Source of the DNA: Promethearchaeota archaeon Loki_b31
GTDB lineage: Archaea > Asgardarchaeota > Lokiarchaeia > Sigyniarchaeales > SOKP01
Assembly (NCBI GenBank): GCA_005222975.1
Contig: NJBI01000045.1
Coordinates: 1 to 28,412 of the forward strand
DNA length: 28,412 nucleotides
Direction: 5' to 3'
The notes under the pieces were generated by a model. That model saw only the letters and a list, made by a program, of their open reading frames with translations, did not search any database and had not been told where the DNA came from. Numbering within the stretch: position 1 is the first letter of the stretch; each line of letters begins with the position of its first letter. The translations under genes and the position numbers were made by a program. Of the stretch, positions 18,180 to 27,270 are shown one piece after another.

Positions 18180-18315
18180 AAGCGATGATAAAAATTTCCC
18201 CGTTGTTTCAAGTATTTATTCAAGAAGCGTAGAATTTCCACAAGAAATGTTATTATCTTCCAGAGAAAAGTTAGATGGCGTAGTAGAATTTATAAAATCT
18301 TTAAAAAAAGAATAA
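18178..18315 (+). pseudogene. Orphaned (displaced) copy of the aminotransferase 3' end, 45 codons plus TAA
   Basis: KSDDKNFPVVSSIYSRSVEFPQEMLLSSREKLDGVVEFIKSLKKE* aligns ungapped to KSNDKYFPVISDIYSRSIQLPHEVLLATKDELDFIAEIMYSIKEK (22/45 identical by hand count). Confidence 0.9.
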
Positions 18316-18328
18316 TAGAGAATTAAAC

Positions 18329-19372
18329 CTATCCAACTTCTTCTATTTTCCTAGACTTTGCACTTTTATACATTGTTTCAACAATTTTTAGAATTTTATA
18401 ACCGTAATTGCCATCAGTCAGCGGTTTTTTATTATTTAACATGCAATCGATAAAATGCGCTATTTCTTGAGGGTAACCAAAAGACCAAGCTTCAGCAGGA
18501 ACGGGAAATGTCCAACCCTTTGTAGTTCCAGCTTTTTCTACAGCATACCCAAACCCTTTTTCGCTATAAACGCTCATTAAATTAGAAAATGTTGGAGCAA
18601 CTTTAACTTGTCCTTCAGTACCAAATAATTCAAATCTCATGTCATAACCTCCTGGCGCGGTCCATGATTCTTCAATTATTACTTGGGCGTCGTTTTCAAA
18701 GTATAGAACTCCTACAACATTATCTTCGACTTCACACTTACCAAATTTACCCCGATCTGGTTGTATCGTTTTAATTTGACAGTACACTTCTTTAACATCG
18801 CATCCAAGATACCAAACTAAACAAGCAATATCGTGTATTCCTAAATCTAATAAAGCACCACCTCCTGAATCCTTTAACTTATAAAACCATGCAGAATGAG
18901 GTCCAGAATGTTGTTCTTTTCCGCGACCCATGTAAATCTCTCCTAAAGCGCCCTCCTCGATAATTTCTTTAACTTTACTAAATGAGGGTGCGTACATGTT
19001 ATTTTCACAGTAAAAAATCTTCCTGTTTGAAGATTTCTCGCCATCCAACATCTCTTTTCCTTCACTAATGTTTCTAGCTAAAGGTTTCTCTATAAGCACA
19101 TGCTTTCCAGAATTTAAAATGTCAATGGCTATATCTTTATGTAAATAATTTGGTACACAAGCAGAAATAGCATCACAATCGAGTTTCAATAAATTTTTGT
19201 AGTTTTTATATGGATTACCAGGGATTCCATACCTATTCATGAGACTTTTGGCTTCATTTTCATTTATAGAAGAGATTCCCACAATTTCTACATTTGGGAG
19301 CAATGAATAAGAATGACAATGATGTTCAGCAATAAAACCAGACCCAATGATTCCTACTTTAATTTTATCCAT
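18329..19372 (-). CDS. Gfo/Idh/MocA family NAD(P)-dependent oxidoreductase
   Basis: GIIGSGFIA, PNYLH, HVLIEKP, SGGGALLDLGIHD, VEDN motifs. Confidence 0.93.
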   Translation of the reverse strand: MDKIKVGIIGSGFIAEHHCHSYSLLPNVEIVGISSINENEAKSLMNRYGIPGNPYKNYKNLLKLDCDAISACVPNYLHKDIAIDILNSGKHVLIEKPLARNISEGKEMLDGEKSSNRKIFYCENNMYAPSFSKVKEIIEEGALGEIYMGRGKEQHSGPHSAWFYKLKDSGGGALLDLGIHDIACLVWYLGCDVKEVYCQIKTIQPDRGKFGKCEVEDNVVGVLYFENDAQVIIEESWTAPGGYDMRFELFGTEGQVKVAPTFSNLMSVYSEKGFGYAVEKAGTTKGWTFPVPAEAWSFGYPQEIAHFIDCMLNNKKPLTDGNYGYKILKIVETMYKSAKSRKIEEVG

Positions 19373-19442
19373 AATTATACCATCTTGATAATTTAATCTT
19401 GATTTAATTTAACTTGTTCAAATTTAAAATTATAACTGTTTG

Positions 19443-20552
19443 TTATTCCCAAAATTCTAATGCTGAGTAGTATTTCTTAATTCCAGAAAAAGGACATGCC
19501 GCGATACAATTTCCGCAATCTGAAGAGTTTTCGATCCAAAATTCAAAACATTTTTCCACATTTACGTAATACTTTTTAACACCTGAATTGTTAGATATAT
19601 TTGGTGGTTCAAAACTAGGCTCTCTGTCCTTTGTTATAGCCTTGGTTTCACAAGCTTCAGCGCATTTATAGCAATTTTTGCAAAATTTATCGACTTTTTT
19701 AATAAAGTTTAGATTAGGTTCATCCGATATTAATGGAAGGTCAGTAAAAACTTTACAAATCCGCACTCTTGGTCCATATTCGGGCGTAATCAATAGTCCG
19801 TTTCTACCTAAAGCTCCAAACCCAGCATCGATTGCTAATGGTATACTAAGTGCGGTATCATTACCACATTGGATTGCTCGATAACCTAAATTTCTAATAA
19901 ATTCCCCGAGACACGAAATTACAAAAGCCATTTTTGAGTAAGCTATAGCAGATGCTGCGGCTGCGGGTTGAGCAGGCGAGGTAGAAACTGCATTTTTGTC
20001 CATTTCAATGCCCATGACAATAACTTTGTTTACACCTTCTGGTAAATTGATAGGGCTTTCTAATATTGAATTTTGGACATTTCCTTCTCTAATATCTTTT
20101 TTTGAGTCTGATTCGCTAGTTAATGGAGGTCTTATGAAACCCGTTTTATAAATCCATTTCTCATTAACCTTAGCAATTCCTACTAATGAAGCACCATAAA
20201 ATTTAGCAACTTTTTTTACTTGCTGAGTAAAGGTTTTAGGATTCTCTATTTTATATTTCGATTGCGTCCAATTTACTCCGTAATCTCCTCCTTCTGTTTT
20301 TTCTCTTTCCCAAGCAAAAGCAAAAGGAAACTTTTCGTACACTGTCCATCCAGCCGCAACTAACGCAAAATCAATCCGAGAATATCCTTCCTTCTTTGAA
20401 TTAATGTGATGTAGTAAATTCTCATCAAACATTTTTCCGTAGGTAGTTAGTGTTTTGTCCCAAGTACGCCGGTAAAGTACATTATACTTTTCTTCAAATC
20501 TTTGGTAAATGCTTTCATTAATTTCATAGAAATTTTCTGTTCTTTTTTCCAT
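19443..20552 (-). CDS. Reductive-dehalogenase-like (RdhA/QueG superfamily) cobalamin and 2x Fe-S protein, no TAT leader
   Basis: KVAKFYGASLVGIA, SIPLAIDAGFGALGRNGLLITPEYGPRVR..KVFTDLPL, CKNCYKCAEAC and C-x10-CGNCIAACP. Confidence 0.82.
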   Translation of the reverse strand: MEKRTENFYEINESIYQRFEEKYNVLYRRTWDKTLTTYGKMFDENLLHHINSKKEGYSRIDFALVAAGWTVYEKFPFAFAWEREKTEGGDYGVNWTQSKYKIENPKTFTQQVKKVAKFYGASLVGIAKVNEKWIYKTGFIRPPLTSESDSKKDIREGNVQNSILESPINLPEGVNKVIVMGIEMDKNAVSTSPAQPAAAASAIAYSKMAFVISCLGEFIRNLGYRAIQCGNDTALSIPLAIDAGFGALGRNGLLITPEYGPRVRICKVFTDLPLISDEPNLNFIKKVDKFCKNCYKCAEACETKAITKDREPSFEPPNISNNSGVKKYYVNVEKCFEFWIENSSDCGNCIAACPFSGIKKYYSALEFWE

Positions 20553-20701
20553 TTGAACCCGTTCTCTTCTCTTATATTTATTACAAAATTTTATTTCAAT
20601 TATTCTCTCTTAAAAAGAAAATTGTCCTTTAAATATTAGTTTAAAGCAAGAAATAAAATTTTTAATATAAATTTATAAGTTAAAGTATAATAATTTTCTC
20701 T

Positions 20702-20995
20702 ATGCCTATATATATACTTGCAACTAAACTTCAAAATCCTGATTTAGTAGAAAAAAGGAAAAAACAGGGTGAAAAATATCTAGAACTAGTTAAAGAGAAA
20801 GTTCCTGATATTAAATGGATCGCACATTACGCGATATTAGGTCCTTATGACTTTCTTGATATTTTCGAAGCAAAAAATGAACTAGAAGCCGCAAAGGTTT
20901 CGCTGCTTTCCCGTGCTGCTGGAGCTACTTTCGCAGAGAGATGGACAGCCATTCCATACACAGACTTTCTTAAACTAGTTGAGGAATTGAAATAA
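20702..20995 (+). CDS. GYD domain protein
   Basis: 97 aa, YAILGPYDFLDIFEA motif. Confidence 0.8.
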   Translation: MPIYILATKLQNPDLVEKRKKQGEKYLELVKEKVPDIKWIAHYAILGPYDFLDIFEAKNELEAAKVSLLSRAAGATFAERWTAIPYTDFLKLVEELK

Positions 20996-21013
20996 AATAA
21001 AGAAATAAAAATT

Positions 21014-21385
21014 ATGAAACGGTTTATCATACAACTAGGGTTTGGCATAGATCAGCACGGACACGATGATGATTGCACTAATGCCGCTATTAAAGCTGTC
21101 AAAAATGCTATTGCAAATAACTGTCTTGCGGGATTATTAGAGATTTGTGGCTTAAAAGAACCAAACGATCTATTAAAAATGATTGTACATGTAAAGATTG
21201 GAGCACCTTATCCCGATAATATTAAAAAAGAAAAAGTCTTAAAAGCGATTCCATTTGGTGAAAAATCAATTGAGATAGAGAAGGGAGGTTTGGTTGCTAA
21301 AGGAATAATGATTAAAGAACTAGGAGATACTTCTGACAAAATAATTGTTTGTAATGCAGCTGTAACTGTATCAATCATAGTTTAA
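21014..21385 (+). CDS. Lin0512 family protein
   Basis: G.G.DQHG..D.T.AA.KAV..AI, P.G...I....GGL, NAAV.V. Confidence 0.8.
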   Translation: MKRFIIQLGFGIDQHGHDDDCTNAAIKAVKNAIANNCLAGLLEICGLKEPNDLLKMIVHVKIGAPYPDNIKKEKVLKAIPFGEKSIEIEKGGLVAKGIMIKELGDTSDKIIVCNAAVTVSIIV

Positions 21386-21415
21386 ATTCATAAAATAAAT
21401 AATGTTAATACAATA

Positions 21416-21988
21416 ATGGTGAAAAGATGTGAATGGGCAGATAATAATGCCCTAATGAAGGAATATCACGATAAAGAATGGGGTACCCCTGAACATGATG
21501 ATAAAATTCTACATGAACTTTTAATCTTAGAAGGGATGCAAGCTGGTCTAAGTTGGAACACTATACTTCAAAAGAGAGATAATTTTAGGAAGGCATTTGA
21601 TAATTTTGATTATATTAGAATTTCAAACTATGCTGAACTTAAAATTGAAGAATTAATGCAAAACAAGGGAATTATACGAAATCGATTAAAAATCCAATCA
21701 GTAATCTCAAACGCAAAATCATTCATTAAAATACGAGAAGAATTTGGTTCTTTTGATAATTATATATGGGGTTTTGTTAATAATAAGGTAGTTCATAATT
21801 CTTGGAAAGCATTAGAAGAATTGCCATCCAATACAGAACTTTCTGACAGAATTAGTAAAGATTTGAAGAGAAGAGGTTTCAAATTTGTAGGGTCAACTAT
21901 AATTTACTCCTTTTTACAAGCAGTTGGAATTGTAAATGACCATACAACCTATTGTTTTCGGGATAGTGAATTAAAAAATAAAGCTTAG
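21416..21988 (+). CDS. tag: DNA-3-methyladenine glycosylase I
   Basis: RCEW, YHDKEWG.P, LEGMQAGLSW.TIL.KR, IIRNRLKI, GFKFVG, VNDH...C. Confidence 0.95.
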   Translation: MVKRCEWADNNALMKEYHDKEWGTPEHDDKILHELLILEGMQAGLSWNTILQKRDNFRKAFDNFDYIRISNYAELKIEELMQNKGIIRNRLKIQSVISNAKSFIKIREEFGSFDNYIWGFVNNKVVHNSWKALEELPSNTELSDRISKDLKRRGFKFVGSTIIYSFLQAVGIVNDHTTYCFRDSELKNKA

Positions 21989-23292
21989 TTTATAATTAAA
22001 TTCTCTAAACCTATTTCTTTTTCAGCGTATTCTTTTAAACCATACCATTGAGCCTCAGTCGTACCAAAATATTTAAATAACGCGATTCCTAAACCAAAAT
22101 CAAAACCCCTCATCTGCTGTAACATTTCATCGGTATTGCACTCAACGGAATTCGTGATCGCTAGTATCGGACTATTGAATTCGTGAATTCTCTTTTTCAT
22201 ATTTCTCAAAAAATACCAATAAAAAAAGCCACCCACCTTGCCCCAATACCATCCGTCGTCTCGTGTTCCCATTAAATATGGGTATTCCATTGGAGATGCC
22301 ACATCCAAAATTGAAGATAATTTTGCCCAATCTTGACCTAATCTTTTTTGCGTAAACATTTTCTTAGGACCAGGAAGGCAAAACCATCCCGAAATACAGT
22401 TGCTATTAACGCTTTTTATTGCGTTCTGGAGCTTTTGTGCGTATTCCGCAATTGTATCTGATTTAAACCTATACCATTCATGACTTGTTAATAATTTTGC
22501 TTTAGGTCCATAATTAGTTCTAAATTTTTCTACACACCGATGGCAAGCGCATAACTCCATGAAAGTTCCATCGTATCTAATGTAATCGGCAAAGAATCCT
22601 TTTATAGGATAGTTTTTTACGACTTCTTTTGTAAGCTCTAATAAATAATTAACATGCTCGCTATTAGGACACATAAAACTTGTAGATGGTATATAACCCT
22701 TTCCTCTTGCCCCCCTCGCCTTCCCTTGCTTCATATCTATGTTTTCTGTTAGAAAGGGAACTTTTGATTTATATTCTTTAAATGAAACATTCTCAGGTAA
22801 TTCTACTCTCATTTCTCCCTCGTCATGTGTTGAAATATCGCCTTTTCTATATTTTATACTGCTTTTTTTTCCATTTTTTCCATGAATGCTAACTCGTTCA
22901 GGATGTAAATTCCCTTGGTACGCGTCGTTCATGCTTGTAAAAGAAACCATTATTTTTATATTTCTATCCTTTGCAGCATCGCAAAACTCCCCCAATATAT
23001 CTCTTCCCGTAGGATTCCATCCCACATCCGTATCCCACACGCATGCTCCATCAGTATCTTTGATAACAAGCCCAAAAACATTGAAGTGACACTCATCTAA
23101 TTTATTCATAACTTCAATAATATTTAGTTTTTTTTCAGCAAATTCATAATCTAACTTTCTAAAACCTTCGGCTCCTCTAACTGGCATTAATCCCATAGCA
23201 TATATTCTTTTCACGCCGAATGTTGATGTTACGGTTTCAAACTTCTTAGGGTCAAACTCAATATGTTCTGACCAATCAAATTTTCTTTTCAT
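21985..23292 (-). CDS. Putative glycoside-hydrolase-like TIM-barrel protein (GHL10/GHL6-like)
   Basis: KDTDG...W.T, RDILGEF..AA..RNI, MCPNS, GFFADYIRY, C.C..C..KF, GQDW, SPMEY. Confidence 0.6.
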   Translation of the reverse strand: MKRKFDWSEHIEFDPKKFETVTSTFGVKRIYAMGLMPVRGAEGFRKLDYEFAEKKLNIIEVMNKLDECHFNVFGLVIKDTDGACVWDTDVGWNPTGRDILGEFCDAAKDRNIKIMVSFTSMNDAYQGNLHPERVSIHGKNGKKSSIKYRKGDISTHDEGEMRVELPENVSFKEYKSKVPFLTENIDMKQGKARGARGKGYIPSTSFMCPNSEHVNYLLELTKEVVKNYPIKGFFADYIRYDGTFMELCACHRCVEKFRTNYGPKAKLLTSHEWYRFKSDTIAEYAQKLQNAIKSVNSNCISGWFCLPGPKKMFTQKRLGQDWAKLSSILDVASPMEYPYLMGTRDDGWYWGKVGGFFYWYFLRNMKKRIHEFNSPILAITNSVECNTDEMLQQMRGFDFGLGIALFKYFGTTEAQWYGLKEYAEKEIGLENLIIN

Positions 23293-23560
23293 GTCATCTC
23301 AATACACTCAACTTTTGCTTTAATAAATTTAATTTAAATTTCTTAAATTTCCAAATTAGATAGTTTTTTAACATTGTTCTTTTAATAAATTTTTAAGACT
23401 ATTTGATATTTTAATAACAGATACATTGAAAGATTTATATTTTTAAATACGATTATTTATTATAGAAATCAAATTAAAATATTTGTATAAATATCTAATT
23501 ATTAAATTAGACGAAATATTTAAGATTTGAATTTGCGCTTGGGAGGAATACTGAACAAAA

Positions 23561-24091
23561 ATGTACGATGCAACCTTTAAAATTATCATTTTTGGTGATG
23601 CTGGCTGTGGAAAGACCACTCTAACTCAAAGATTTTTGACTAATTTGTTTGTTTCTGATTCAAAAATGACCATTGGAGTAGATTTTGAGGTTAAGAGTTT
23701 AGAAGTAGACAAGCAGAAAGTAAAATTACAGATATGGGATTTTGGTGGAGAGGAGAGGTTTAGGTTTTTACTTCCTACATATGTTAGAGGCGCTCGGGGA
23801 GGGCTATTCTTGTTTGACATAACAAATTATTCTTCCATCGCTCACATAGACGATTGGCTTAGCGTTATTAGGAAAGAAATTCGAGCCGAAGATATATTTC
23901 CCATTATTGTAGTGGGCGGTAAAGCAGATTTAGCAGAGAATAGGGAAGTTTCAGCAGAAGAAGGAATAAAAATTGCGAAATCGAGAAACGTCGACGGTTT
24001 TATTGAAACTAGTTCTAAAACGGGAGAAAATGTAGAGAAAACGTTTGAGGCATTAACAAGTGTAATGCTTAATAATACTAGAAGATACTAA
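23561..24091 (+). CDS. Rab-like small GTPase with variant G3/G4 motifs
   Basis: GDAGCGKT, TIGVDF, LQIWDFGGEERFR, YVRGA, GKAD, ETSSKTGENV. Confidence 0.92.
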   Translation: MYDATFKIIIFGDAGCGKTTLTQRFLTNLFVSDSKMTIGVDFEVKSLEVDKQKVKLQIWDFGGEERFRFLLPTYVRGARGGLFLFDITNYSSIAHIDDWLSVIRKEIRAEDIFPIIVVGGKADLAENREVSAEEGIKIAKSRNVDGFIETSSKTGENVEKTFEALTSVMLNNTRRY

Positions 24092-24178
24092 GTTAAAGTA
24101 AAACTCGTTTTTAAAGAATACCTTAAATCTTTTATTAAAGTATAGTTTGATTACTACTATTTATTTAGAAGAATTTGG

Positions 24179-25042
24179 TTATTTATTATTTACAGGAACC
24201 TTTTCAAGTATTCGTGTGTTAATTCTCCTATTTAAAACCATAGTTTGATATTCCATATCCTTTTTGTATTGGTTCGCAGAACTTAGAAGTTCTTCAATCA
24301 TTTCGATTTCTTTATTTTCATCTCTGAAATAATATCCTCCAAAATTTGGGATCTCCGCGTACTTTTTCTTCAAACTTTCTTGTAATTCACTAGGTAATAC
24401 ATCAGTTCTCTCCTTTATTGCCAAATTTAAAGCTTCTAATAGTTCAATATATCTTTCTTGTTTACTAAACTGACACAAAATGCATTTTGAGCTTCTATTT
24501 TTAAGGATATATAAAATAATAATTCCAGTTAAATACCTAAAGGTATTGACTAATTCGTCGTAATTTCCTTTTTTCATGTGTTTTTTAACTATTATTTCCG
24601 CAATTGAGTACAAACTCGAAAAATAAATCGCTCTAGAAAAGTATGCTGGATCAACACAAAACAATCTAGTAAACCAAAATGCGCTAATTTCTTTAGGTGG
24701 ATCTTCAAAAAATATGTAGTAAACTAACCTTCCATCTCTTTCTTTATATAATGTAGATTCTTTTTTCAACATATTTAAATATGTTGATATGGTGGAACGC
24801 GCGATTTCTTTAAAGAATTTTTTATATTCTATTTCGACATCTCTCGTAGTTACCTTTTTTTTTCCCTCGAGATAGAATTTTAGTATTATACCCAATATTC
24901 GATTCTCGTGAAGTCGTCCAGTCTTAATTTGTTGTTCTTCCGATTCGTCTTCTCTAATGTTATAAATATCAATTAGTTCAGGAGCGATTTCGTGAATAAC
25001 TTTTTCCAAGATATAAATGTTTAATTCAGTAATTTCTAACAA
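24179..25042 (-). CDS. Winged-HTH domain protein, probable transcription regulator
   Basis: IARSTISTYLNML.....L..ERDGRLVYY (ArsR-like wHTH) followed by an unknown helical domain with CILC. Confidence 0.6.
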   Translation of the reverse strand: MLEITELNIYILEKVIHEIAPELIDIYNIREDESEEQQIKTGRLHENRILGIILKFYLEGKKKVTTRDVEIEYKKFFKEIARSTISTYLNMLKKESTLYKERDGRLVYYIFFEDPPKEISAFWFTRLFCVDPAYFSRAIYFSSLYSIAEIIVKKHMKKGNYDELVNTFRYLTGIIILYILKNRSSKCILCQFSKQERYIELLEALNLAIKERTDVLPSELQESLKKKYAEIPNFGGYYFRDENKEIEMIEELLSSANQYKKDMEYQTMVLNRRINTRILEKVPVNNK

Positions 25043-25245
25043 TCCTCAAAATTGATATTTATATTTTATTAAAAAAAACGTATACTTTTAATAATTGACT
25101 TTCTAATCAAATAGAAGATTTAATCTATTTAATGTAAGTATATTAATAGATATATTTCTAAATAGAAATAATTAATCCTTTAAAATTTAAAAAAGAAAAT
25201 AAAAAAAAAATTAAAGCTTGATACTAGTAATATTTTTATTAGTGT

Positions 25246-27075
25246 TTATTCCCCGTGTTTTTCTTTCCAGATAGGATCGTTGATTTGAAGTATCCTTCGT
25301 TGAACTTTACCAAGTATATTTTTAGGAACTTCTTGTATAAACTCGATCATCCGTGGACACTTCCATTTCGTCATGTTTTCTTGAGTCCAAGCTATTAATT
25401 CCTCTTCAGTGATCTTCCCAACATATTCAGGTTTTAATTCAACCCAAGCTTTTGTTATTTCGCCAACTTTTCCAGCAGGGTCCGGTAGACCAGAAACAGC
25501 AGCCTCTGATACGGCTTCATGCTTCATTAACATCGATTCAACTTCTTTTGGGAAAACAGAATGTCCAGCTACTTTAATTAATTGTTTTTTACGATCTCTG
25601 ATTTCAATTGTGCCATCTTCGTTCATAAAGCCGATGTCGCCAGTTAACAACCACAGTTTACTATCGTATTTTTTGATAGTATCATTTGTTTCTTCAGTTT
25701 GATTGAGGTATTCGTACATAACTTGGGGTCCATGAACACAAATTTCACCCGTGTGTTCTTCTCCAAAATTAGTATCGTTTGGGTTTCCTAAGCATATAGC
25801 CCCTTCGTTAAAGTTTTCAGTTGGCCAAATTCCCCATTCCGTACCCGGTACAGGTAGTCCAATAACTCCGATAGGGCTTTCACCAAATAAATTCCCTGCG
25901 CTAACTAGTGGTGTAGTTTCTGTTAATCCATAACCTTCCACAATATTTCCTCCCGTGTTTTCCACAAAAGCATCCCGAACGGGTCCATGTAAAGGTCCAG
26001 CTCCAGACGCACATAATGTTAATTTACCCATGACTTTAGGATATTTTTCTTTTATGTTTGGAAAATCAGCTAATCGCTTAAATAAAATCTCAGCTCCCGC
26101 ATATACTAAACCTTCAGGGGCAGGTAACTCTTCAATGTGCTCTAATAATTCTTCTGTAGGTGGAGGTGTTGGAAACATCATTATCCATCCTCCAAAAGCA
26201 ATAGTAGCGTTCATAATTATTGTATGGGCAAAGCTGTGAAAGAAAGGAAGCACTCCAATGTTCCCAATTCCCGGTTTCTCGCCGCCTAACCAATATTTGG
26301 TCTGTTCCGCATTAGAAACCACATTAAAATGAGATAGGACGGCCGCTTTAGGTAATCCAGTTGTTCCACCTGTCATAATATATGTAGCAGGATGAGTTTT
26401 AACATCAATCTCAACTTTTGGAACGTTAGGTTCTGTTTTTAATAGATCCATAAAATTAACAGCTCCCGGTACATTCACTTTTCCCTTTGGGATAATTCCT
26501 AATGCCTTACCCAAAGTTCTTTTAAAGCCTAAACCGTGGGCTAAATCAGCGAGATTAGTGTAAATTACCTTCTCAACAGTACTTCTACCTAGGATTTCAC
26601 CTATATATGGTAAATTTTTCTTTATTCGAGATTTACTCTTTTCGTCAAAGAACGCATCGTAAGCAATAAGAAATTTAGCTTGTGTTACGTCTAATTGGTG
26701 TAAGAACTCTAATGGTTTGTATGTTGGATTGATCCCAGATGCGATTGCTCCTATTCTCGTTATAGCATAATATCCTATTACGTATTGAATACAATTACCC
26801 ATAAGCATCGCAACAACGTCGCCTTTTTTTACTCCGAGATCGTGTAAAGCAGTTGCAAATCTTACCACGTAATCGTGAAATTCACTATAAGTAACCCATG
26901 TTTCTAAAAACCAAATAAAATTTAGATCGCTATACTTTTCTACTTGCGCGTCTAAAAATTGGTTTATGGTTTTTTCTTCAAATTTAACGTTTTTTGGAAC
27001 GTTATCTGGCCACCACTTTTTGAACCATATTTTATTTTCATTTACTTGATATGTATCTTCTTTTATAATTGGTAT
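25246..27075 (-). CDS. fadD: Long-chain fatty acid-CoA ligase (AMP-binding family), ~609 aa, proposed ATA start
   Basis: YIMTGGTTGLPK, EGYGLTE, LTGDIG, DRKKQLIK, PKNILGKV. The frame continues 69 codons upstream of the track start with WFKKWWPDNVPKNV. Confidence 0.9.
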   Translation of the reverse strand: MPIIKEDTYQVNENKIWFKKWWPDNVPKNVKFEEKTINQFLDAQVEKYSDLNFIWFLETWVTYSEFHDYVVRFATALHDLGVKKGDVVAMLMGNCIQYVIGYYAITRIGAIASGINPTYKPLEFLHQLDVTQAKFLIAYDAFFDEKSKSRIKKNLPYIGEILGRSTVEKVIYTNLADLAHGLGFKRTLGKALGIIPKGKVNVPGAVNFMDLLKTEPNVPKVEIDVKTHPATYIMTGGTTGLPKAAVLSHFNVVSNAEQTKYWLGGEKPGIGNIGVLPFFHSFAHTIIMNATIAFGGWIMMFPTPPPTEELLEHIEELPAPEGLVYAGAEILFKRLADFPNIKEKYPKVMGKLTLCASGAGPLHGPVRDAFVENTGGNIVEGYGLTETTPLVSAGNLFGESPIGVIGLPVPGTEWGIWPTENFNEGAICLGNPNDTNFGEEHTGEICVHGPQVMYEYLNQTEETNDTIKKYDSKLWLLTGDIGFMNEDGTIEIRDRKKQLIKVAGHSVFPKEVESMLMKHEAVSEAAVSGLPDPAGKVGEITKAWVELKPEYVGKITEEELIAWTQENMTKWKCPRMIEFIQEVPKNILGKVQRRILQINDPIWKEKHGE

Positions 27076-27270
27076 TTTTATTCAAACTCTTTTTTATGTA
27101 AAAATTTAATAGTCTAAATGCAACATATTATTATTGTTTTCGTTATTCTAGATAAAAAAAAATATCTATTAAAAAAAGGTACTAATTAGACATCTATGAG
27201 TAGAGATAGTTCAAAAAAAAGACATCGCAACAAATCAAAATGGGTTTTTATTTAAAAAAACTTAAGAAAT

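Noticed and set aside
14894-18315. Intein or intron explanation for the LAGLIDADG insert
   Set aside because: The aminotransferase has its own stop at 15043, the insert length (3,284) is not a multiple of 3, and no Hint C...HN motifs are visible. No intron structure was recognised, although RNA folding was not computed.
23295-23540. AT-rich spacer with near-palindromes as a CRISPR array, origin or ncRNA
   Set aside because: No regular repeat-spacer period or GC stem; it is consistent with a divergent promoter region.
15204-27084. In-frame TGA codons upstream of the two non-AUG genes (15204 and 27084) as selenocysteine readthrough
   Set aside because: The sequence beyond the TGAs looks non-coding, there is no redox-motif context, and no SECIS was recognised.
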